The position numbers were made by a program, and so were the translations under genes. Under the pieces are notes generated by a model. The model was not told the DNA's origin, searched no databases, and saw nothing but the letters and a program-made list of their open reading frames with translations. Below, in pieces: positions 31,635-38,142 of a stretch of DNA of 40,666 bases. How positions within the stretch are numbered: position 1 is the stretch's first letter; each line of letters starts with the position of its first letter. Where the stretch lies: contig JAEEGW010000194.1 of assembly GCA_016280525.1 (NCBI GenBank), positions 1 to 40,666 of the forward strand, read 5' to 3'. The stretch comes from Clostridiales bacterium. Lineage in GTDB: Bacteria > Bacillota > Clostridia > Oscillospirales > CAG-272.

Positions 31635-32567
31635 TTGACAGAAAACAAAATCGAATTATCACAAGAGGACGTAGCCGAATTAAAATCGTTTTTCGAAAAG
31701 AACGATATCACAAGATTTGCTACGCTTGACAAAGAATATACGCTCTGCGGAAAGAAAAGCGATATATTTGCAAAGGCAAAAAAGTATTTGTCAGAAAAAT
31801 GGGATGCAAATCTCCCGGAGCTCGGAATCAAAAGGAATATGAAAAACTACTCCGCCGTATATCCGGTAAATCTGATTAAAGACACGGATGCCGGATATTT
31901 TGCGGAGCAGGTGGCTGATATCTTTTCCGATGAAGAAAAATACCGTAATGCGATCGATATATTTTTTGAAATGTATGAAGAGCCTTTGTCCGCGGGTTTT
32001 GAAGCGTACGCCGCAAAGATAAACAAGCCTGTCGAAGAATTGACGGACGATGAAATATGTTGTGTCATTGATCAGATCGCAGATACTATAGACGGCGAAC
32101 TGACGAACGTAACTATGATAGGACAAAAGGTGCCGGAGATATTCGGCGTATCGAAAAATACAAAGGCTCATGAAGACTACAGCAAAAAAGCAAAAAATCC
32201 CGACAGAACGAATTTTGAAAAAAGCTGGTATCACAGCGATACAAAGATCGGCACAATGCTTTCGCTTGAAGAACTGCAGGAAAAGGACGAAAAGAACGGA
32301 ACCGACGTAATTGCAAACGCACGCAGTGTTTTTGATGACGGTAGTCAGAGCGCTGCCGATGCTGACGCAGAGTGTATGAAACTGCGCAACGCTTTCGCAG
32401 ATACGCTTGACAGCACGGATCTTGCTATATTCGAAATGCGGGAAAAGGGCATGAAGGATAAAGAGATCGCCGCCGCGCTGAAATACAAAACGCACAGCGC
32501 CGTTGTTAAAAGACTGGCGAAGATGAAAGAAAAGTATATGGAATTCAGAAAAACATATACGTTTTGA
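31635..32567 (+). CDS. Sigma-70 region-4-like HTH protein (regulator of the mobility module)
   Basis: TTG start after AAAAGGAGAAAAAAG. 310 aa. The C-terminus LDSTDLAIFEMREKGMKDKEIAAALKYKTHSAVVKRLAKMKEKY looks like a sigma region 4 / LuxR-type HTH. I did not recognise the N-terminal part. Confidence 0.65.
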   Translation: MTENKIELSQEDVAELKSFFEKNDITRFATLDKEYTLCGKKSDIFAKAKKYLSEKWDANLPELGIKRNMKNYSAVYPVNLIKDTDAGYFAEQVADIFSDEEKYRNAIDIFFEMYEEPLSAGFEAYAAKINKPVEELTDDEICCVIDQIADTIDGELTNVTMIGQKVPEIFGVSKNTKAHEDYSKKAKNPDRTNFEKSWYHSDTKIGTMLSLEELQEKDEKNGTDVIANARSVFDDGSQSAADADAECMKLRNAFADTLDSTDLAIFEMREKGMKDKEIAAALKYKTHSAVVKRLAKMKEKYMEFRKTYTF

Positions 32568-32825
32568 CGTTTTTTTCATAAAGCCGGGAACAATTTGCAG
32601 ATCTCGCGTTGATATATATATATGGAGGGAGACAGCAAAGCAATAATTACCGTCGGGGTAAGCCCGGCGGTTTTGATTTGCTGAAAATCTTTTATCATAC
32701 AGGAGGTGTTGTGAATTGGTTTAATAACTGATATTCCAGCCAAAGAAAAAGCGAAAATCAAAAATCGTATAAGGAGGTACAGTAATACGATACAGTCAAA
32801 AATCAAAAGCTACGATGAACTGCCG

Positions 32826-32999
32826 TTGTTCATCAACGCAAAAACACTTGCCGATACGCTCGGCATATCTATCTCTTCCGCATATGAGCTGATGACGGAA
32901 AAAGGATTCCCGTCGATAAGGATCGGTAAACGTCTTGTCGTACAAAAGGAAAAATTCATATCGTGGATAAACGGAAAGAGCGGAGGAAATAAATATTGA
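32826..32999 (+). CDS. Excisionase-like MerR/HTH_17-type DNA-binding protein
   Basis: Not in the track (under 60 aa from a canonical start). The frame is open from 32715. Its translation ..LFINAKTLADTLGISISSAYELMTEKGFPSIRIGKRLVVQKEKFISWINGKSGGNKY* is a typical Xis/HTH_17 pattern. The first canonical start is TTG at 32826 and has no good RBS. A strong AAGGAGG at 32771-32777 suggests an earlier non-canonical start, so the 5' end is uncertain. Confidence 0.55.
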   Translation: MFINAKTLADTLGISISSAYELMTEKGFPSIRIGKRLVVQKEKFISWINGKSGGNKY

Positions 33000-33484
33000 G
33001 TTATGAAAACGTCCGAGATCATTTCTTTCCCGTGCCGAACGATATATTCATACTCGGTCTTACGGCGGGAGAAGTCGCAGTGTATTCATATCTGTCATAC
33101 TGCGAAGACAGACGCACGTACAAATGTCATCCGTCGTATAAAACGATAGGCAAATCGCTTCATATGTCAAAGAATACCGTGTCAAAGTACGTGCGTATGC
33201 TTGAAGATAAACGTTTGATAAAAACGGAAACGACTCAGTTATACAGAAAAGGTATGCTGCAGAACGCAAATCTCAGGTACACCATACTGCCGGTAAAGGA
33301 AGCGGTTAAGCTGTATTACGACAGACAGTACGAAAAAGCGGAAGAAGATATGAGATTAAGAAAAATTGATGAAAAAATCGTCAATTGGGAGAAAAATCGT
33401 CCCCGTCCGATTTGCAAGCAGGATAAAGCCGCGGCTCGCGCCGCGCCGGATCACACCGTCCGGCAGTGCCGGTCGGGATATTAA
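32996..33484 (+). CDS. Winged-helix DNA-binding protein (replication-initiator/regulator-like)
   Basis: TTG start overlapping the previous stop, with GGAGG at 32982-32986. 162 aa. FPVPNDIFILGLTAGEVAVYSYLSYCEDRRTYKCHPSYKTIGKSLHMSKNTVSKYVRMLEDKRLI is the pattern of small wHTH Rep-like proteins of Firmicutes mobile elements. Confidence 0.6.
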   Translation: MSYENVRDHFFPVPNDIFILGLTAGEVAVYSYLSYCEDRRTYKCHPSYKTIGKSLHMSKNTVSKYVRMLEDKRLIKTETTQLYRKGMLQNANLRYTILPVKEAVKLYYDRQYEKAEEDMRLRKIDEKIVNWEKNRPRPICKQDKAAARAAPDHTVRQCRSGY

Positions 33485-33554
33485 AGGATAAAAAAGCACG
33501 TTCTATACGAAAAACGCATCAAATCTCATATATCCCGCGTAACTCAATTATACG

Positions 33555-33581
33555 GGGCAGTCCCATTAAAGAGGACTGCCC
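33555..33581. promoter_or_regulatory. Perfect 9-bp inverted repeat upstream of the relaxosome genes (oriT candidate)
   Basis: GGGCAGTCC (33555-33563), a 9-nt spacer, then GGACTGCCC (33573-33581). It ends 2 bp before the AAAGGAGG RBS of the RHH gene and is not followed by a T-run. Confidence 0.35.
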
Positions 33582-33595
33582 GAAAGGAGGCTAAT

Positions 33596-34021
33596 TTGGC
33601 AGAAAAAGAAAAAAACTGTGGTACGATGAAGGATCACAGCATCAGATTTCCCGATGAAATATGGAAGAAGATAGGCGGTATGCTCGACGCCGCCGACGTT
33701 AAAAACAACAATGAATTCGTACGCGAAGCCGTTTCGTTCTATATCGAATATCTATCCCGTCCCGACAGTTTCAGATTCATAACGCCCGCGCTTGAATCCG
33801 TAATAGACGGAAAGATAAAGGACAGCGAGGGGAGAATAAACAGAATGCTGTTCAAACTTGCCGTGGACGTTGCGTTCCTTTCGGAGATCATCGGTATCAA
33901 TTATGAATACAGCTACGATGATCTGACGGCATGGAGAAACGAATGTATAAATACGGTAAGGGCGACAAACGGCAGTCTGAGTATCATAGACAGTATGACA
34001 AAAGAGAAAGGTGACCAATAA
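33596..34021 (+). CDS. Ribbon-helix-helix-type relaxosome accessory protein (MobC-like)
   Basis: TTG start after AAAGGAGG. 141 aa. The N-terminal segment HSIRFPDEIWKKIGGMLDAADVKNNNEFVREAVSFYIEYL fits a beta-strand then helix-helix (CopG/RHH) layout. The stop lies 2 nt before the relaxase start. Confidence 0.55.
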   Translation: MAEKEKNCGTMKDHSIRFPDEIWKKIGGMLDAADVKNNNEFVREAVSFYIEYLSRPDSFRFITPALESVIDGKIKDSEGRINRMLFKLAVDVAFLSEIIGINYEYSYDDLTAWRNECINTVRATNGSLSIIDSMTKEKGDQ

Positions 34022-34023
34022 AT

Positions 34024-35130
34024 ATGCCGAGACTGATACTGAAAGCTCCGTACTATTCTCCGGTATCAAGAAGCGCTAACGGAGGCGGCAGAGGAAGATA
34101 CGCCGAATATATTGCCACACGTGAAGGCGCGGAGATCATAAAAGACCGCGGCGGCATGGTCTCGTATATCGGAGAGCGAAAAGGCTCGAACGGTTTGTTT
34201 TCAGACGCGGGAGTACCGATAGTGCTGTCAAGAATATCGGATGAGGTAAATAACCATCCCGGAAATATATGGGGCTTCATCGTATCCCTCCGACGTGACG
34301 ACGCGGAGAGGTACGGATACAACAACGCAGAATCGTGGATGAATCTTATCCGTTCGCACAGAAACGATATAGCGAAACAGATGCATATATCGCCCGAAAA
34401 CTTCAGATGGTACGCCGCGTATCATCAGAAAGATACTCATCCTCACGTTCATATACTCGCCTGGTCGGACAAGCCCGGCGAGCCGTATCTGTCAAGAAAA
34501 GGTATTGAGAATATCAAAAGCACGTTTGCAAATGACATTTTCAGACAGGAGCTTTACACGTTGTACAGCCGGCAGAGCGCCGTAAGAGACAGAATAAGGC
34601 AGACGTACAGAGACAGGCTTCAAGAGCTGAAAGAAAAGCGTCACCTGGCGGATAACGGTATCGCGCTTATGCTGTCTGATCTATCAGTCAGGCTAAAAAA
34701 GGTAAAAGGCAAAAAGCAGTACGGTTATCTCAGCAAAGATATGAAAAAGCGCGTGGATGAAATAGTAAAGGCGATATCGGATCAGCCGGATATACGCGAA
34801 ATGTATGATCTGTGGTATGAGCTTCAGTGTGAGAAATACAGAACGTACACGGACGCGACTCCGGCTAAAATACCGCTTGAAGAAAACAAAGAATTCAGAG
34901 CAATAAGAAACGCGGTGATCAACTCTGCAAAGGCTATAGGTCAGACAAACGGAACGAAGGCTGATCGTCAGCCGAAGGATTACGCCGCGGCGATCATTAA
35001 GTTTGCGTCGTCGTTGATTTGTGAAAAGTCACCGACGTTCTCGTACGATGAAGAATATGACGATATTGATAAAAAGCTGAGAAGAGAGATAAGGATGGTC
35101 AAAAACGGGGAACCTGTGTTGAGTATGTAA
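34024..35130 (+). CDS. MobL-like relaxase / mobilization protein
   Basis: 368 aa. The N-terminus APYYSP..GGGRGRYAEYIATREGAE is typical of MobL-type relaxases as I recall them. A histidine-rich motif AAYHQKDTHPHVHILAWS (H.D...PH.H) is present. Confidence 0.7.
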   Translation: MPRLILKAPYYSPVSRSANGGGRGRYAEYIATREGAEIIKDRGGMVSYIGERKGSNGLFSDAGVPIVLSRISDEVNNHPGNIWGFIVSLRRDDAERYGYNNAESWMNLIRSHRNDIAKQMHISPENFRWYAAYHQKDTHPHVHILAWSDKPGEPYLSRKGIENIKSTFANDIFRQELYTLYSRQSAVRDRIRQTYRDRLQELKEKRHLADNGIALMLSDLSVRLKKVKGKKQYGYLSKDMKKRVDEIVKAISDQPDIREMYDLWYELQCEKYRTYTDATPAKIPLEENKEFRAIRNAVINSAKAIGQTNGTKADRQPKDYAAAIIKFASSLICEKSPTFSYDEEYDDIDKKLRREIRMVKNGEPVLSM

Positions 35131-35198
35131 CTTTTCATATAATCTCTGGACTTGTGAAAAAAACGTGGTATTGTATAACAGTGAAAGGATGTGATAAT

Positions 35199-36362
35199 TT
35201 GGCAAAAAGAAGACCGAACGGTGACGGCATGGTCAGGCGCCGCAAAGACGGAAGATGGGAAGGCAGGATAATCGCCGGTCATAAAAGCGACGGCAGACCG
35301 ATATACAAAAGCGTGCTCGCAAAAACGCAGAAGGAACTGAGCGAAAAGCTGAATGAGCTTAAAACGGCGCATAACGGCGTCGAGCTGACGGAAGGCGGAG
35401 ATATATCGCTTTCGGAATGGCTTGATAAATGGATGTCCGAATACAAAAGCAGGACGGTTCGCCCGACAACGTATAAGTCCTATGTGAATTTGATCGAAAG
35501 ACATATAAAACCGGTAATAGGGAAGAAGAAACTGTCCCGTTTATCTGAGACGGACGTTCAGAAGTTCTATAACGATAAACTGAACGACGGGTTATCGGCG
35601 TCGTCGGTAAGGGCGATCCATATGGTACTTCATCAGGCTGTGAACGCCGCACTGTGCTGTGGAGCCGTGCTTCACGATCCGACGGACGGAGCCGTACTGC
35701 CGAAAAGAGAAGTTTTTGAGAAAAGCGTTCTTTCAAAGCCACAGACAGATGCCCTTCTGAATAATCTGAAGGACGATCCGATTTGGTACGATTTTTTCTG
35801 TACGGAAGTTATGACTGGCATGAGACGCGGCGAGATATGCGCTCTTAAATGGGAGGATTTTGACGAGAACAACGGAACGCTTCATATACGCAGATCGGTG
35901 CACTACGAGCACGGAGAGCCGGTGACGGGAGATACGAAAACGAGCGAGGGAAACAGAACGATAGTATTGCCGGCTACTGTTTTGGAGATGTTGATAGACA
36001 GAAAGAAACGGATAGGCGGAGAATGGATCTTCCCCGATCCGTTCAAAGCAAAAAGACCCGTTATACCGCAGTCGGCATATATAAGGCTGCAGAAAGCTCT
36101 GAAGGAGGCGGGTCTGCCGCATATACGGTTTCACGATCTGCGTCACAGCTTTGCAACCATGGCGGCGTCAAACGGCGTCGATCCGAGAACGCTTGCCGGA
36201 GTACTCGGGCATACCAACGCGTCATTTACGCTTGACGTCTATACTCACGTAACGACGGATATGCAGAAAAACGCGGCAGAAAAGATAGGCATCTATATCA
36301 CGGATGTATTGGGAGGTGATCTTAAGCCGTGGCAAAAAGACGAAAAAAAGGCGACGGTCTGA
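35199..36362 (+). CDS. Tyrosine recombinase/integrase 1
   Basis: I prefer the TTG at 35199 so that the N-terminus (M)AKRRPNGDGMVRRRKDGRWEGRI parallels integrase 2. The catalytic set is TGMRRGEI (R), HDLRHSFAT (H..R) and GHTNASFTLDVYTH (H..Y). Confidence 0.85.
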   Translation: MAKRRPNGDGMVRRRKDGRWEGRIIAGHKSDGRPIYKSVLAKTQKELSEKLNELKTAHNGVELTEGGDISLSEWLDKWMSEYKSRTVRPTTYKSYVNLIERHIKPVIGKKKLSRLSETDVQKFYNDKLNDGLSASSVRAIHMVLHQAVNAALCCGAVLHDPTDGAVLPKREVFEKSVLSKPQTDALLNNLKDDPIWYDFFCTEVMTGMRRGEICALKWEDFDENNGTLHIRRSVHYEHGEPVTGDTKTSEGNRTIVLPATVLEMLIDRKKRIGGEWIFPDPFKAKRPVIPQSAYIRLQKALKEAGLPHIRFHDLRHSFATMAASNGVDPRTLAGVLGHTNASFTLDVYTHVTTDMQKNAAEKIGIYITDVLGGDLKPWQKDEKKATV

Positions 36363-37732
36363 TATACCGCCGCAAAGACGGCAGATGGGAAGGCAGAGTT
36401 GTCGTCGGATATGATGGTAACGGTCTTCCGATCACGAAAAACGTACTCGCTAAAACAAAATATGAGTGCGCGGAAAAACTGGAAAAGCTTAAGGACAAAA
36501 GACCGGATTGCACTCCTGCTGAGTATTCACGCAGTATGACGTTCGGTGAATGGATTGATTACTGGTACAACACGTTTTGCAAGCCGGCGCTGCGAGACAG
36601 CACCGCATCAGGATATGAAAGTCACATATACAATCATATCATATCGGATATCGGAGATATACCGTTATGCAAATTAAAGCAAAACAATCTGCAGCAGTTC
36701 TATTCCGATCTTAAATCAAAGGGCAGAAAAACGCGGACCGAGATATATGGTACCGGTTTGTCCGACAGAACAGTTAGAGCAGTTCACGCATGCTGCCGCG
36801 CCGCGCTTGATAAAGCGGTGAAGATGAAGCTGATACGCGTTAATCCCGCGGATATGTGCAGGTTGCCTCCGAAAAAGGGAAAGGAAAAACAAATACTGTC
36901 CGATGACGAAATGAGACGGCTTATGATACAGGCGAAAGAAGACGGATTCTACGAGATGTTTCTTCTCGATCTTTCAACAGGTATGAGGCGCGGAGAGCTC
37001 CTTGCGCTCAAATGGGACGATATAGATTTACAGAGCGGAGAGATCAGAATAAGCAAACAGGTAAAGATAAAAAACGGTCAGACCGTTATATCTGCGCCTA
37101 AAACAAAAAATGCGGTAAGGTCAATAATAGTACCGCCTGAAATAACAGGGATATTAAAAGAATACAAAGAAACTGTCAACTCGGAATGGGTGTTTCCATC
37201 GCCGATAAAGGATGACGCTCCGAGAGATCCCACGGCGTGCCGTAAAAGTCTTACTAAAATCCTTGAACGCGCTGGATGTAAGCACGTCAGATTTCACGAT
37301 CTGCGGCACACGTTCGCGACAAACGCATTGAAATACGGTATGGACGTAAAAACGCTCGCGGCGACGATAGGTCATGCCTCGGCTGAAACTACACTCGATA
37401 TCTACAGCCACGTAACGGACGATATGAAAAGACAGGCGGCGAAAAGAATAGACGCCGTAATAAACGGAACGAAATCTGTACCTGATGAAACTGCCGGAGT
37501 AACAACTAAAAAATTCGAAACCGTTTTCGAGCCTTACAAAGGAAAAATACGCAAGCGCGGAACCGGTTGCATATCAAGGATCAACGAAAACACGTGGGAG
37601 GGACGGTACGCGCCTAAGATAGACGGAAAACGCATTCAGCGAGTGGTTTACGCTCACAGCGAGGAAGACTGCGAAGAAAAACTGAAAGAACTAATAGCCG
37701 AAATGAACGCGGAAAAGGCGCGTAAAATATGA
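36329..37732 (+). CDS. Tyrosine recombinase/integrase 2 with an extra C-terminal arm-binding-like domain
   Basis: GTG start after GGGAGGTG, overlapping integrase 1 by 34 nt. The catalytic set is TGMRRGEL, HDLRHTFAT and GHASAETTLDIYSH. The N-terminus KGDGLIYRRKDGRWEGRVVVGYDGNGLPITKNVLAKTKYECAEKLEKLK is echoed at the C-terminus by KRGTGCISRINENTWEGRYAPKIDGKRIQRVVYAHSEEDCEEKLKELI. Confidence 0.85.
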   Translation: MAKRRKKGDGLIYRRKDGRWEGRVVVGYDGNGLPITKNVLAKTKYECAEKLEKLKDKRPDCTPAEYSRSMTFGEWIDYWYNTFCKPALRDSTASGYESHIYNHIISDIGDIPLCKLKQNNLQQFYSDLKSKGRKTRTEIYGTGLSDRTVRAVHACCRAALDKAVKMKLIRVNPADMCRLPPKKGKEKQILSDDEMRRLMIQAKEDGFYEMFLLDLSTGMRRGELLALKWDDIDLQSGEIRISKQVKIKNGQTVISAPKTKNAVRSIIVPPEITGILKEYKETVNSEWVFPSPIKDDAPRDPTACRKSLTKILERAGCKHVRFHDLRHTFATNALKYGMDVKTLAATIGHASAETTLDIYSHVTDDMKRQAAKRIDAVINGTKSVPDETAGVTTKKFETVFEPYKGKIRKRGTGCISRINENTWEGRYAPKIDGKRIQRVVYAHSEEDCEEKLKELIAEMNAEKARKI

Positions 37733-37756
37733 TACGCCGGGCAAAGAAAAAAGTCT

Positions 37757-37779
37757 GTTTGTGGTCAGATATGTGGTCA
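37757..37779 (+). promoter_or_regulatory. Candidate arm-type integrase binding site (right arm)
   Basis: GTTTGTGGTCAGATATGTGGTCA is identical to 2976..2998 and lies 88 bp inside attR. Confidence 0.5.
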
Positions 37780-37822
37780 GAACAAAATCCGATATGAACA
37801 GGTAGTGCAAAATGTAGATAAA

Positions 37823-37867
37823 AACACCGCATATCAGGCAGCAATGCAAGATAAGCGGTGTTATTTT
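37823..37867 (+). terminator. Terminal hairpin: terminator of the integrase operon, and on the other strand of the regenerated tRNA-Pro
   Basis: AACACCGCATATC (37823-37835) pairs with GATAAGCGGTGTT (37850-37862) with one mismatch, followed by ATTTT. On the minus strand the hairpin is followed by TTTTTATC. Confidence 0.65.
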
Positions 37868-37912
37868 GGTCGGAGTGAGAAGATTTGAACTTCCGGCCTC
37901 TTGGTCCCGAAC
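37867..37912 (-). repeat. attR: 46-bp core inside the intact tRNA-Pro
   Basis: Identical to 2821..2866. Confidence 0.85.
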
Positions 37913-37943
37913 CAAGCGCTCTACCAAACTGAGCCACACCCCG
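37867..37943 (-). tRNA. tRNA-Pro (anticodon CGG), CCA encoded
   Basis: The reverse complement is CGGGGTGTGGCTCAGTTTGGTAGAGCGCTTGGTTCGGGACCAAGAGGCCGGAAGTTCAAATCTTCTCACTCCGACCA. It folds by hand into a cloverleaf: acceptor CGGGGTG/CACTCCG, D stem GCTC/GAGC, anticodon stem CTTGG/CCAAG with loop TTCGGGA, and T stem GGAAG/CTTCT with loop TTCAAAT. Confidence 0.9.
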
Positions 37944-37961
37944 TTTTTTCATGCGTGTGCA

Positions 37962-37990
37962 ATTATATCACAATATTTTGCATTTGTCAA
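37962..37990 (-). promoter_or_regulatory. Promoter of tRNA-Pro
   Basis: On the minus strand: TTGACA (rc of 37985-37990), a 17-bp spacer, then TATAAT (rc of 37962-37967) with an upstream TG. It is about 19 nt upstream of the mature tRNA 5' end. Confidence 0.6.
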
Positions 37991-38084
37991 GTCCTTATGA
38001 AAAAAAGAATCATTTTTCCTATATCACTTATTTTTTGCGTATGCACGGATTGTGCATAATATACATAAGATATTTGTTTTAATA

Positions 38085-38113
38085 TTGACAAATAAAAAAT
38101 TATATGATAAAAT
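38085..38113 (+). promoter_or_regulatory. Putative promoter of the dockerin-esterase gene
   Basis: TTGACA (38085-38090), a 17-bp spacer, then TGATAAAAT (TAAAAT at 38108-38113). Confidence 0.45.
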
Positions 38114-38142
38114 TAAAAAAAACTTACGGGAGTTGTTTGAAT

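Larger units (their letters stand above)
2821..37912 (+). mobile_element. ~35-kb integrative mobilizable element (genomic island) inserted in tRNA-Pro(CGG)
   Basis: Evidence for an integrated element: 46-bp perfect direct repeats, two tyrosine recombinases next to the intact tRNA, and Xis-like, Rep-like, RHH and relaxase genes. The interior is visibly AT-richer than both flanks, and all genes are co-oriented. I recognised no T4SS, coupling protein, capsid or terminase. Confidence 0.8.

Noticed and set aside
32711-32731. AGGAGG followed by a GTG-initiated 6-codon mini-ORF, and a 20-codon ORF at 32623..32685, upstream of the Xis-like gene as possible leader peptides.
   Set aside because: I see no attenuator-like alternative structures, and the ORFs are too short to support. 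The AGGAGG may simply be fortuitous or related to the uncertain start of the Xis-like ORF.
2821-37912. The island as a prophage or a self-transmissible ICE.
   Set aside because: I could not recognise terminase, portal, capsid, tail or lysis genes, nor VirB4/VirD4-type ATPases or other T4SS components. Only relaxase, RHH, Rep, Xis and integrase functions are present, which fits an IME. DUF1351 and SbcCD-like genes are phage-associated but not diagnostic.
6138-38142. Upstream in-frame starts given in the ORF track: 6138, 10134, 11028, 26643, 27412, 35154 and 38104.
   Set aside because: In each case a downstream start has a better Shine-Dalgarno context, avoids overlap with the preceding gene, or yields the expected N-terminus (signal peptide, MKIIHLSDLH of SbcD, AKRR..GDG of integrases, MSDFVIEN of the family). 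The alternatives remain possible.
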